From: the human T2T-CHM13v2.0 reference genome, Homo sapiens
DNA: 64,000 nucleotides
Assembly: GCF_009914755.1 (NCBI RefSeq)
Contig: NC_060927.1
Reading direction: 5' to 3' (one strand)
Shown here: piece by piece, positions 29,001 through 43,050 of the stretch
Numbering within the stretch: position 1 is the first letter of the stretch
Layout of the letters: every line of letters begins with the position of its first letter
Position numbers and translations under genes: made by a program
The notes under the pieces: model-generated
Database searches by the model: none
Seen by the model: only the letters and a program-made list of their open reading frames with translations
Told to the model about the DNA's origin: nothing

Positions 29001-29180
29001 ACATAGATAAACTCATGGAGGACATAAAAATAGCAGTTAAGACTAATTATTTACAGATTGATGATTGGATTGGTACTGGGAGGACAGGGGACTAAAAAGA
29101 AAGAAATGATTTTATTACAGATTTTATATAGATACATACTGAAGATTTCTAATTCATACTTATATTACTTCTATATTTGT
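24900..29180 (+). mobile_element. Highly decayed, internally deleted L1ME-type element (5' region, ORF1/ORF2 pieces, 3' UTR)
   Basis: Strong A-skew; ORF2 remnants (GAATTATTCCAGGAATAGAAGCATAGTTTAATATGAGGAAATCTATTAATATAA, TACCAGATATTAAA); 3' motif AAGAGAAATACAAATTAAAATGATATTGAGACAC...TTGGCAAAAATCCAAGTTTG. Confidence 0.75.
25980..26075. repeat. (TA)n(CA)n compound microsatellite
   Basis: Directly visible. Confidence 0.95.
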
Positions 29181-30271
29181 CCATTAGACAGCACACTTCT
29201 ATGAAAAAGAGTTATTTCCACATTATTTTCTTAAGTATTAACTCATATTTAGTTTTGTTTTTCAATGTTTTCTTATTTATTGCCAACACTGTATATTTTA
29301 TACATTGTCTTTGAAATAAATACACGTTTTTCCTACATTTTTTAAAAAGAACTGAAAAGTGAAGGGGGCTGAAATAACTAAGATAATAAGATAATGAATG
29401 TAATTAAATAAATTCGCTATTTGCTACATCTATCAAATAAACATAAAATGTTATATTTTATCTAATAGAAAAAAGAAATGTTTTAAAATAATTGCTATAC
29501 ATCTTCTATGTAACCTTGAAGAACTGATTCTCTAGTGACATTTGAGATAATTTTGTTTTGCATCTTACTGTTTTTTCTGACAACTTAATATATGAAAATT
29601 TTCCATGCACATTTAAAGCCATACATGCTCAAATATCATATTTGAAATATAAATGTTAAAAATGAGGGAATGATTAATAACAAAGGGAACACCTTTTTGT
29701 TTCAGTGGGTATATATCTAGAAGAGACAACTTTCAAGTATACAAACTGTGGAAACTAATTTGATATTAATTAACTAACACTTTAGTTACCATGTAAATAT
29801 CTTCCAAAAATGACATTCAGGATTTTAAATGTCATAACTTCCTTCTATTTGGCTTTTAATAAATGTACTGTAGAGATTCTATGGTAAAATCTTAGGTGAT
29901 AACACCGGAGGGAGACCACAGTGCTCTCAAGCCACAGGACCTTGTTCCTTTCATTGGGTTTCACATTAACATTTTACAGTGTCTTATCTAATGCTTGTCA
30001 TTGGTTTTACGTTTCTTCCTATATTCCTTTTTCTTATTTTGATTTTTTAAAGTTTGCATTTAAAAATGTTTTCTACATTTTTATTTTGAGGAATGCCAAA
30101 CTTAGTGTTGAAAATGTGCCCAATTGGTGAACTAAGATTCACCAATATTGTTCTGTAATTATATTTTTCTAAATACACATACACATTCTTTTCCTTTGAA
30201 ATATCTGAAAGAAAATCGAAAACGTGAAGACCTTCATCCCGAGTGCTTTAAAATACATCTCATAGAAAAAT

Positions 30272-30575
30272 CTCTGTCCAGAATCAATACGAGAGCCAGG
30301 CAGTAACTTAAAAAATTTTAATAGCCACATTTATAAAAGCAAAAATAAACTCTGAATTAATTTCTATAATATATTTTATCTAACCTATTATAGTCCTCCA
30401 ATGTCATCATTTCAACATGTAATGAACATGAAAAATATTAATGATATACTTTGTTATTTTTAATTCTAATTCCAATGTGTAGTCTTATACCCTGAGCATG
30501 TTTGAATTTGAAGTCACCATGTTTCAAGTGCTCACAGGCATGTGTGGCTAGTGGCTACCAAACTGAACAGTGTAG
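30272..30575 (+). mobile_element. MER33 (hAT-Charlie)
   Basis: CTGTCCA...TAGCCACATT...TCATTTCAACATGTAAT...TTTCAAGTGCTC...TGTGGCTAGTGGCTACC...ACAGTGTAG. Strand is nominal. Confidence 0.9.
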
Positions 30576-30929
30576 TTCACAAGCCTTGCTATGGTCCAAG
30601 CAGAGAATGGCAAAATGAATGCTTCACAATTTTCGGCCAAACATCTCACCTGTGCAATAAGACAAGGCAACCTTATCTTTACCCAAGTGTCCTAAACTAT
30701 CTCTTGAAAAGGTGGCTCTCATTAGTCCTACCAAAATTATCATTAAATAAAATAAGTATATCAATTTATGAGCCATCCTGTGACCATCTTGGGAAGGTCA
30801 GTTTCGTCTGGAGAGATAGACAGTAACTATGTGTCCTGATTTGTCCTTCGTTGTCCACGTCAGATACTTAACAATTTTCCCCCAAACAACCCAAAGCACC
30901 TTTATGCATCATTTACCTTCTTGGTATTC

Positions 30930-30974
30930 CCTCTCCCTCTCTCTCTGTCTCTCTCTCTGTCTCTCTCTCTCTCT
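30930..30974. repeat. (CT)n microsatellite
   Basis: Directly visible polypyrimidine tract. Confidence 0.9.
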
Positions 30975-31037
30975 TTTTTCCAAACAGTAAATGTTCTCTT
31001 TACTTATGCATAACTAAAAATGCCATTAACGAGGCTG

Positions 31038-31555
31038 TTTTCTTAGTCTGACTTCCCTAAAATTAGGCTCTAAGGAGAAACACTTGTCTGCAGTAGTTTA
31101 TTTAGAAATGTTATCCCACAAAGCAGGAATATAGAGCAGGAGATGTACGCAAAAATAGTGACAGACTGTCAGTACAAAAACATGATATTAAGTTGGCATT
31201 TCTAATAGCGAATGATTTTCCATTCCGCCAGAGCCTTATGATCAGTTTTATGAAGCTGCTCATCCAAAGAAAGGAGGAAAACGTTTATCCGTAAACGTTT
31301 ATTCATAAAGGGTGTTAGCACCCCTGCAGGGCCTCACTGATCTTGACTCTCAGGCTGCACACATACACCTGAATGCAGAAGGGATTCCCTTGGCTTCCTA
31401 TTACATCAGTGAAGCCCAAAAAAGAAAGTGGTCTGCTTGAAGCAAGGCTTTGTCCAACTTTGCTTGCACTAAACTAGGCAAAGCTTATATGAAACTGAGA
31501 ACCACTCACCTAGCTAAATAGTAAAGCAATAGGATTTTGAAATAATATACAAATG
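31038..31555 (-). mobile_element. LTR16C-like ERVL solo LTR
   Basis: TCTTAGTCTGACTTCCC...TGCAGTAGTTTATTTAGAAATGTTATCCC...AAGCAGGA...TTTATCC. Confidence 0.6.
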
Positions 31556-32934
31556 TTTTTGCGTTTCTGTTTTTGTATAAGCTCCTGCCCCCTGCCACAG
31601 GAATAAGAAATATTTCCAGTCAATTTAAGTTGCCAGCCCTTACAAAATGAAAGAGATATTAGATTGCTTGTAATAAGTTTTCTGATTTTTGACCTCGTTC
31701 TGAATGTCTAAAGATATTTGCACACAATTTGCCCCAAAGTCATAAGAATGTGCCCCCATTCCCCACCCCCATTCTTCGTATTCTGTTTATGTCCCACACT
31801 TGAGTATTTGAAAACACCATCACGCCAAGAATGTGAACCTCTGAAACCAGCATAGCCGATCCTTAGTGTGTTTTGGTTCTTGGTATAAAAAATACAAAAC
31901 AAAATAAAATCCATGAGTTTGATTATACTATACAATTATGTGCAATTAGAGCCTTATCTAATTCAGGAGGCTTGAGGTATTCTTCAATCCTGTTTCCATT
32001 TTCAATGTATTTTCTGGAGAACTGATTTAGATGAAATGCTTCTCAATTATTTTCAGCATCTAATTATTACCACTAAGATTTAACTTAGCATTATACTCAA
32101 TTTGAAATCTATTTGTGCAAAATTTAACTTTCATTAAAGCTGCGTCCACATTGTTGCTTATATCCTAACGGAAGTATCTAGTGTCATACAAATTCAGGAT
32201 CCTAGAGTTCCACAAATATGATGTATGATTGTTTTCAAATCTTCCTCAGTGCTTATTTATCCTATTCTACTTATTTTTCTTATCATATTAGAATGAGTCT
32301 GGACCCCATGCTATTTTGTACTCCTGGTTTATAAGCTTCAATAATTATTAGAAATGGAAGAATCCCAAAATTATGCCTAAGCTATGTATTTCTCATTTGA
32401 AAACGATAATTTTGCTTTGGTGTATCCTTGAATTCAAATTTAATACTTGAATAATTAAAAGTGAAGTTTCATTCTAATAGTTCCACCCCATCCTCCTGCC
32501 AGCAGATCAACATTAAAACTTTTATTCTACTTCTGTCAAGTTCTATCCTAATTGAAGAGGCAGGTATTGTTCATTTAAGCATAGAGCTTTTGACATTTAA
32601 AGTAATTGAAGCAAGTGAATGTGAGTTTTTTCAAATGCTTCATATATATTATCTGTACTTTAAAACTCAAAGTGCTTATGCAATGAAGTGGCTAAATCCT
32701 TTATGAATATCAGTGTAAGAATACAGTAGGAATGTTATAACAGATAAAGAAGGAAAATAAAATGGACTGAAAGTTACCTACCTTCAAATTATTCAAAAAT
32801 ATTAAGAAACAAAGTTTAAGCCAAGATAAAACTTTTGTCTATTTTTTCTTCAGTTATTTTATTTTATCAGAGCAATTAATTCAAAACAATGAAAACCTGA
32901 CCAATTCTGAGTACTGTAACTGTATTTTTGACTC

Positions 32935-32972
32935 TGTGTGTTGGCATGTGTGTATGTGTGTATGTGTGTGTT
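32935..32972. repeat. (TG)n, degenerate
   Basis: Directly visible. Confidence 0.8.
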
Positions 32973-34785
32973 GCTGTATGTTCTCAAGGTTAAACCAGGA
33001 CAACTCACGGGAAAGTGAGCTCGAAGAGAACTAGGATATTAAAAAATACATGAGGACTGGGGTCAGAAAATCCTAGACCATAAATTCTATGTACCAGACC
33101 TTCTTAGTCTTACCCACCACAATATCCACAGGACATAGAACAATGCAGTGTGATAGGGACTATGAAAATATTTGTTGTATAAATGAATGGATCATTTCCT
33201 TATGTTATCATTGAACCACTAATTTATTGATTCACACACACACACATACATGTTGAGATACTTTAGTGACTTCGATATTGAGACAGACCCTGGAAATACA
33301 AATATGAAAACATTCTCTAAGCTCTATTGTTAATAATCACACAGTTTTAAGAAGATATTGGCATATAAATAACTATTATAAATGCAGTGATAGAATTCTG
33401 CCTAAGAAGATGTTGTCCAAGCTTCTTGAATAGAGTCAGGTAAAGTATTAATAAGGAGAAAAGCTTGAACTGTGTTATTAAGTTGAATTGTGTTTTAAAG
33501 AAATTTATCCCACAAAAGCATTGACCAAAATAAATAGTAAAATAGTAGAACGGGGAAGAGATAGGAGGTTGTGGGGATATTAAAAGACCTCCCAACCACC
33601 TGATGTTCTAGACAATACTGCAGAGGCTGTAACAATAAAAATGTAAATCAGGGTATCTAGTTCATCAGCTCATCAACCTTCTTATACTGACATCAGCAAA
33701 AGAAGCCTATTGAAGGCCACAATATGATAAGTGTCATGAACTTGAAGCAAATGGTCAATTCTTAGAAATTTTAGTTTTTTACTAATTAAACTTCTCAACA
33801 TATTCCTCTAATCACGTTTACTACTGTACTCTGATAATAGTGATACTGAAATATTTTTGCTTATTTTCTTAACAATTTATTTGAAATATTTCATTGCTTC
33901 CATGCTATATATGTGCAATCATATATAGTATAATAAGTATAATCACTTACAGATTTTATTATAAATCACATTATCCAGTTACATTCATAATGATCAGAGA
34001 CAAACATAGAAATTTGCTTAATTCCTACATTTTTACTGCTTTCATTTCATATTATTTTTCTCAGTTTGAAAGACACTTGTTTTTATATTCTTTATTCCCT
34101 TCTTTTAATAGAATCAAACTACAAAACCTGTTTATTATAAGTAACATTTAAAAATCCAGTTCCTACTATTGCATTTTCTAATTCTCATTTCTTCGTTGTG
34201 AAAGCCCTCATTATTTTACCTTAAGTCTTCGTTAGTTGACTATTGTCTTTTTCTCAAAGAAAAGCATAAGGGAACCCTTTTTCCCCCAATGTCTGAGTTT
34301 ACAATATAGAGTCTTAGAAACACTCCATGTAGACAATCTACATCTTGCTAAAGGGAAAATGTTTTACACTAATATATGTAAATAATTTAAATTATGAATA
34401 AAGTCTTTAACACTATATCACCGTTATATAAATGGCTATTTTTGGTTGCCAAACAATCTGCTACATAATTTATAGTGCATAAAGTTATACAATGTATTAA
34501 GGTAAAGATGAAGGACCCATTTTACAGGTGATATCTAACTCGCATACAATTTAATTTGCTCTCAAGGGAGACACAATCCAAAGAAGTGAATGTAGAACTT
34601 GAACTCAGACATGATTCCTAAATATTAGAACTTAAATATTAATCACAGTGCTCTGAAAATGCAAAATCAAGTTTAAAAATAAAAACAAATGAAAATTTTA
34701 CTAAGTAAAAACTCATTTCAGAAATCAATTTTTTTATTACCTGTATCTAAGACATTTTCATCTTATTGGTTTATACTGACCAGGA

Positions 34786-35150
34786 AGCATGTCTACTGAT
34801 GTGCCTAACATTTGCTTATTTATGAATTAAAGGAAAATATAAATAATAGTCACATGGTTCAAAATAATTGGAATATAAACATATATATAGGTTTATATAT
34901 AAATAAAAACATATAGATATAGCTATATTGGCTTATATATATAGGTTTATGTATAGATAACCTATGTATAGATAACATAGTTTATATATGACCTATATAT
35001 AGATAATATGTAAACCTATATATATATATATATTATATAGGTTGAATTATTTTGAACCCATGGGACTATTATTTTGAACCATGGGACTATTATTTAGATT
35101 TGCCTTTAATTCATAAATAAGCAAATGTCGGGCACACCAGCAGCCATGCT
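34786..35150. repeat. Long inverted repeat with TA-rich quasi-palindromic spacer (PATRR-like)
   Basis: Arms 34786-34868 and 35068-35150 are ungapped reverse complements at 75/83 positions. The spacer has further pairing (34881-34895 with 35011-35025). Confidence 0.97.
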
Positions 35151-36001
35151 GTCTGGTGAAGGGCAGAATGACTTTTATGGATGTCAGTGTTGAGTCTTCT
35201 GAGGCTAAGAATCAGTAGTCAGAGAAATCCACGGAGACTAGAGGATGGATTTGTGCTAAAGGCCAACATTTACAGCACATGCACAGTCAGTAGGACAAAC
35301 ACAAATGCAAGGGCACGTTGAGAGAGACTAGGAGTCTGAATTTGAGATATATGGGCAGTTACAAAGGTGTCTCCATTACCAAAGTGAGGAAAAGGGATAT
35401 GTTTAACCAGAAGGAAACACTACAAATTATTAATACAAACTCAATTTCTTACTAGGACTTCCTGTTTTATATAAGAAAATAACTCTCTTATCAGTAGAAG
35501 AAAAGTAATTTGTTTCCTTCAAAAATTCCAAATGCATTCTAATGTGCATATCCTTGAGGATTCACCTGGGAGCAGTTTTAAAATGGAATGAAAAATTAAG
35601 ATTTTAGAATAAAGTTTCAAAAGAAATGGCATAATTAACACAAAATAAATCACCAATTGTAATGCAGAACGTTCAGTGGATACAGCTACTGGATTGTAGG
35701 TCAAGGTGATATCACAAGGCTTTTAATTTATTTGCAGGCAGCATGAGAGAAAGCTTGTAAAAAAGCAACGTATTTCTCACTTTTAGGAAATTGATTTGCT
35801 GATTTGCTTGATCTTCATTTGTCAGTGGCATTGTGAGGTTTTTTCTTCCCCCCTATAAATCTTTCACATAGATTTTAAAGTGATCTTTTGCAGGTGTGTC
35901 TTACAAAATGAAGTGTATATCAACACTGACTGGTACAGAAAACAGATTTACTTAATCTTCTGCATGCATCTGCCAATCAAATAAAAATTGAATAAATGCT
36001 C

Positions 36002-36561
36002 TGCGATGGTTAATATTGTCAATTTGATTGGACTGAAGGACGCAAAGTATTGTTTCTGGGCGTACCTGGGTGTTTCTGGGTGTTATTAGAAGAGATTAAC
36101 ATTTGAGTCAGTGGACTGGGAGAGGAAGACCCACCCTCAGGAAGACCCACCCACAGTGTGGGCGGGCACTATCCAATCCGCCGCCAACACGGCTAGAAAT
36201 AGCAGGCAGAAGGAGGTGAGAGAAGCTTACTTGTTGAGTCTTCTGGCCTTCATCTTTCCTTCACTGGATGCTTCCAGTTCTCATACATCAGACTCTTAAG
36301 TTCTTTGGCTTTTGGACTCTTGGACTTACACAGTGGTTTGCCAGGGGCTCTCGGTCCTTCGACACAAAATAAAGGCGGTACTGCCGGCTTCCTTACTTTC
36401 GAGGTTGAGACTCCGACTGAGCCACTACTGGCTTAATTGCCCCTCAACTTGCAGACGTGGGACTTCACCTTGTGATCCTGTGAGTCAATTCTCCTTAATA
36501 AACTCCATTTCATATATACATATGTCTTATTAATTCTGTCCCTTTACAGAACCCTAATACA
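36002..36561 (+). mobile_element. MLT2A2 (HERV-L) solo LTR, complete
   Basis: TGCGATGGTTAATATTG...AACCCTAATACA; duplicated GGAAGACCCACCC typical of MLT2A2; AATAAA; perfect 5-bp TSD TGCTC at 35997-36001 and 36562-36566. Confidence 0.95.
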
Positions 36562-36648
36562 TGCTCCGTAAGGAATGAAATCTACTTGTATTTTTATTTT
36601 ATTTTATTTCATTTATGTATTTATTTATTTTTATTTTTTTTTATTTTT

Positions 36649-36719
36649 CCACAAGCATTTTATTCAGGCATATGCTTATTTTCCTTAAAATATGTTAGCT
36701 TTTAATGAATGATTTATAC
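36649..36719 (-). other. Putative L1 3'-transduced unique sequence with poly(A) signal
   Basis: 71 nt of non-repeat sequence between the L1 A-tail and a second A-tail; AATAAA (TTTATT at 36659-36664) lies 10 nt before the second tail. Confidence 0.7.
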
Positions 36720-37436
<717 letters not shown>

Positions 37437-38043
37437 TACTTGTATTTTAAATAGCTTAGACAATGTGGTCATTCATGAAATAAAAATCTGAGTAAATTAT
37501 AGACTCTGGGGATTTTCTTTTGAGAAGAATGCAACACAAATTAATAGCTTATAGAAATAAACCCAGAAAATTATGTTTGCAAAAATATTAATTCAATACC
37601 ACATTGCTGAAATATGTCACTACTGGATATACATGTTGAAAATATAGTAGTTATTTATTTTATCTAAATGGTAAAATTTGTGTTGTATTCCTAAAAAGAT
37701 CAAAGTAGTGAGAAAGCCATGATATTATTTTTTATTAAAATATTAAGAAAAATGTATTACCACCATAATATCAGATATTATAAAGTCATGTAGTAATGTG
37801 TTCAATTGTAAAGTTAAATTTATAAATTCAAGTCTTATATAACTAAATTTACATTAGAATTTCTGTGAGAATTGTATATTTTCACAATCTTTCATATAAT
37901 ATATAATATTGTATTATAATTACAATTTACTGTAATGTAAAATATGTTATCTTTAAACAATATATTTCCAATAATATATGAAGAGTTGAAATTAAAAATA
38001 CTTCTGGTAGAATACTTTATATTTCATTAAATTATTTTGAAAA

Positions 38044-38341
38044 GGCCTGGCTGCAGTGGCTCACGCTTGTAGTCTTAGCACTTTGGGAGGCCAAGGCGGG
38101 CAGATCACTTGAGGTCAGGAGTTCGAGACCAGCCTGGCCAACATGGTGAAACCCCATCTCTACTAAAAATACAATAATTCGCCAGGCGTGGTGGCAGGCA
38201 CCTGTAATCACAGCTACTCAGGAGGCTGAGGGATGAGAATCACTTGAACCGGGGAGGCGGAGGTTGCAGTGAGCCAAGATAGTGCCACTGCCCTCCAACT
38301 TGGGCAACAGAGTGAGGCTCAGTCTCAAAAAAGAAAAAAAA
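38044..38341 (+). mobile_element. AluS (Sx/Sz-like), full length
   Basis: GATCACTTGAGGTCAGGAGTTCGAGACCAGCCTGGCC; A-tail; near TSD AAATTATTTTGAAAAG / AAATTTTTTTTGAAAAG. Confidence 0.97.
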
Positions 38342-40969
38342 TTTTTTTTGAAAAGCACCCTAAAAATCTTCCCCATATACTTTGTTCTGTCATCTACTCT
38401 TTTTTTGAAGTGAAAGAAGATCACATTAAAACATTTAAGTTTAACCATAAAATGATGTAAATATGCCTTACTGGAAAGAGTAAAAGCTCAAGTGAATGAC
38501 TGTTCTTTAATTGAGAGAGTGTGTTTTAAAAGCTTAAATAACCTTTTAAAAGTGATCCATTGCTTCCTTTTCTCAATGCAGGAATTCAGTAGGGTGCCTA
38601 TTAAACATTTCCTTTAAAAAATCTTACCATCATTAAATTAAGATTATATTTCATATTCTTTAATTCCATAGAAAAACCAGTTAATGAAGACTAAAAATCA
38701 AATGTGGCAGGTTCCAAAAGAAAGTCATGCTGCAATTTCTCAAATGCCACATCTGCCCCAGGAATGTCTTTAAGTGATGATTTAACATATTTGGATCCTA
38801 TTCAGGTGATATACCTCGGTAAATTTGGGTTCATAACAAGATTACAAATGAAGAATTCTTCAAGTGTCATTTTTACTTATGAGTAATTTCTAATTAGAAG
38901 AATGTTTATATGAACCTCTTAATCAGTGAAATAAATTTTATTGACTATTGGCTTATATATTTTTAGGGAACAGACTAGCTCCAATTTGATATAACCATCA
39001 ATTACATTTTACAAATTAAGAAAGTGATCCTAAAGAATAAATGACTCATCTACTTTATTTTTCTGTATACTACATACTTCATTTAATCCTTGGAGCAGAG
39101 GAGGAAACATATTTTACTAACCAGGAGAGTAAGAAAATCTATCTGATGTCACACATTATGCTCTCTTGAGAAATGCGAATTGCAAACAAAAGGATTTACT
39201 TTTCTCTAGATATGTCTTCATGTAGATCCAGTCCTTGGTCTTTTTCTCCTTATTTCATTCTTCTTTGAGGAGCTCCAGCTGCTCACAGAATTTCAATCTG
39301 TATCATAAGGATTCTGAGTCTCTCCTATTCTGCTGTGCACTAACACTATAATTCTCTATCTCCATGTGTCTATAAAATATTGCTGATTCATCGTTTCATT
39401 AACTTAGAAACTGAGAGTGATTTTCAGGTAGTTACAATCAATTCTTGATTTCTCTTATAGGAATTAAAGGCTTTCTAAATAACCAAATCAATTTGAATTC
39501 ATTGTCTTCTCAATGTTGTGCTCAAGTATTGTAAAGTTGGATTGCCTCAAGTGGCCTTAAAAATATTTTGCTGCTATCAAAACTTATTCAAAAATCAATT
39601 GCTGATGTATACATATATTTTATATACAGACATATACAAAATACATGCATATAACAGAAAGTATCACAGTGCTTTATCTTAGCTAGTTTTGTCATCTTTA
39701 GACATGTAAACACTGAAATACCTTGAGTTGATAGCAAAATACACTATATCAATTTATGTAAGTAATGTGTTTAATACTTCTTGTTAATATTTGTTAAATC
39801 TTTATTTTAGAAACATCCACTACAATGAAATTTAAGCTTTCTCTAGCTCATGGCAAGATTCGATTACATATTTGTTGAATAAAGAAATTACAATACCAGA
39901 GAATGTGATTTTTACATTTACATTCTTTAAAAAGAAAACAGTGTTTCATTACTTCCAGTATCAATTGTAAAATCTTTACAGATGCCAGTTTTAGGATCTT
40001 ATGTGGGATAACTATTCATTAAAATAGAAAAACAAGAATGTGAAGCATAACATTTCACTCAAAAGCATACTAGGCATTTGGTCCTAGGAAACTTTTATAC
40101 TGAAATAACATTTTAGACAAAATAGTGTCTTACATGGTGCTTTTATTGTTTAGTGGCTATTTCCACATGGATCCTATTCAGATGATATTTTATTGACTAC
40201 CACTACTGATAAAGCAAATACATATATAGTGTATTTTGCCTGTTCCAAAATTTAATTTTTGTACATTTGCCATTACTTAAATTTCAAGTTCAGTTTTAAG
40301 TCTTGAAATCTAGGGCAAGGAATAGCCAATCTTTAAACAGAATCTCCAGGGCACAACCTTTCTTAACTGCATGCTTTTATTCTTGTAATCAGGGATACAA
40401 CTGAATCAGCACATGCTGACAATCGTGCTTTCACGTGCTTCATAGACACCATCTAGAACTAGATTGGGAGAGTAATTCTGACATAAGACATGTAGGCTTT
40501 TCCTTTAACTAGTTTTCTCCCTGTTTGTCCATTTTGCCTTTCTTATTTGATCATTAGTCTTCGTTCAAGGATGCTAGATAATCAATGAAAGCAGAAGAGC
40601 CAGGAGCTCATAGTTAGTCAAGAAAAAATACTGTATCACAGACCACAGGCATAAATCGACGTTTTTAAATCACCCCTCTGAAATTGTTCATTGGAAAAAT
40701 AACCATCGTCAGTGCTAGAACTGGGCTTTATACACAGTAGGTACTTGATAATTGTGTGTATATAGTAAAGATGGAAAGTCAATGTGAAATGTCCCGATAA
40801 ATGAAATGCTTTTTGTAAGTTGAACTAAACACTAAAACAATAATTAAATTTGTAAATCTATACGAGTTCTGTGGCTAAAGAAAGTTTATATAATTATAAA
40901 GCAGTTCACAATTAAACATAGATGAATAGATAAACATGTCAAAAATGTTCAGCTCTTGAATCCTCTTTT

Positions 40970-43050
40970 CTCAAAAGAAACATTATTCTGACTTGTAATG
41001 CCATACATTCCCTTGTCCTGTTTTTGAATTTTATATAAATATAAACATTCATATTTTACTTTTTGTGTTTTTCTTTTGTGCAATAGTTCATATGTAAGAT
41101 TCACCTTTATTATTGAAGCAGTGGCTCATTTATTACTTTATCGTTCTGTTGATGTACATTTAAACCGTTTGCAGCTTGAAACTATAACAAATAACATCAC
41201 TTTGAAACGTTGTGTACATGTCTTTTTGTGCACTTATATACATATATCTGTTTAAGCCTTCCTACAAGTGAAATACTGGCTTATGGGGCATGTGTACTTT
41301 AACATTTAGTAAATACTCTTAAATAATTTCCTGATGTAGTTGCAGCTGTTTATACTTCTCAGGCAGTTAAGAAAATTTGAGTGTTTTATGTCCTCCGTAA
41401 CACTTGGGATGGTTAAGTCTTTAGCATTTTTTTCCCTTTTAGATGGGTAAGAAGTAGTAGTATTAATACATAGGCTATTAATTTGCATTTATCATATATC
41501 AATGAGGCTAAGAACCTTTCATGTGCTTATTGGTCATTTAATGCCCTCAGTTTTATAGTTCCTGCTCAAGTATTCTACTCATTTTAAAAAATGAGTGTTG
41601 TGTCTTTTCCTTGCTGCTGCTTATATAAATCACTTAAAGTGGTGCAGAGAAATGTTCCATTGCCATGGTGGATTTGTTTCATTTTCCTTTTAATTCTGTC
41701 ATTTTGTTATTTATATATTTTGGTGTTATTAGTAGCTTGGCAGTTTAGGATTGCTATATTTCTCTGGTAGAGCCACTATTTTATCATCAGGAAATGTCCC
41801 TCTTTTCTATAGAAAATCAGTTATACTCTTGAAATCTACTTCATCTGTTATTAATATATTGCATTATCTCTCAGTTGATTAATGTTTTGTAGTGTAAGTT
41901 TTTCCATCAGTTCACTTATTTTTTTGTTGGTGGTGGTTGTTTTGTTTTGTTTTGTTTTTATAAAGTCGGCTAGTCCTTGAGTTAGTTGTAATTCATCACT
42001 ACTTTGAAATTAAGCTAGCTTTTATTTTGAAGTTTTATTTTTACAGAATGTGTTTTTTTTTAAAAAAAACCTCACATATATCATTGATTATAATTTAAAA
42101 AATAATGTTAGGACTGTATTGTAAGGTGATGTGTTTCCTTTTGTTTTATTCTATGCTTTCACAGGCATTGTTATCAGAAGAGGGTCAACACTTCACCAAC
42201 TGCTCCCTGTTCACCCCTCTCCCTCCCCAAAAACAAAAAGTCCTCATGGTGGTTTCAAATGCTCAGATTATCTTGCTGGGTTTCCTTTCCCTGAACATAA
42301 GTCCATTATTCCTCATTATCTTGCTAGTTCTGTGCTGTCTTCCATCATATATGTCCTATTTTTTTCAAGCTTTAATAGTTGTTCTCAGGATTAGTCTGTC
42401 TTAACCTTGTCCATTATTACTAGAAGTTTAACCACTCCTTTTTATTTTCATTTTAGACACTGATCATACATAGTGATTTCATTACTTTTGAACTTGACCT
42501 ATATTCCTAAATTCTGTTACTATCTTCAAACATTTTCAGCGATACAATTATACAATTTCTAAACAATTATGTTTTCTACCCATCCCACTTATATACTACT
42601 TACTATTTTCTTGTACATAATTGATTTGGCTAGCATTTTTTTTAACAATATTTTAAAACATTGGTAAAAATGGGGATCATTGTATTGTTCCTGACTACAA
42701 TGTGTTTCTTACATCAATTACTATAAAGCTAACTTTTGTTTTAATAGTAATAAAACGCCAATCTATTCTTATTCTTATCTCATTATTTCTGATCACAAAT
42801 GGGTGCTGAAATTCATTACGTACATTTTTTTCTTTTGTGAAAACTACTTTATATTCACGTAATTGGTTAGTATGTAACTAATTTTCTAATATTCGATAAC
42901 CTTTGCATTTCTGCATTGAGATATTTTGGCAATATTTTATCATTTTGAAATGTGGTGGTTAGTTCCTATTAGTATTTCATAAATTTTTTTCTGTCTTCAT
43001 TTATGAGTGAGATCATTTAGTAGATTTTTTAATATCTTGGTTCGATAACA
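40970..43050 (-). mobile_element. Cluster of decayed L1ME/L1M fragments (3' UTR, ORF2, 5' end), antisense
   Basis: T-skew; GTCCTGTTTTTGAATTTTATATAAAT, TTAATTTGCATTT...TTTCATGTGCTTATTGGTCATT, TTTTATCATCAGGAAATGTCCCTCTT, ATGGGTGCTGAAATT. Confidence 0.75.

Noticed and set aside
34786-35150. The palindrome as a CRISPR-like array, terminator or known MITE
   Set aside because: The DNA is eukaryotic, there is no repeat-spacer periodicity, and I see no TSD or recognisable TIR at the arm ends. An unrecognised MITE is not fully excluded.
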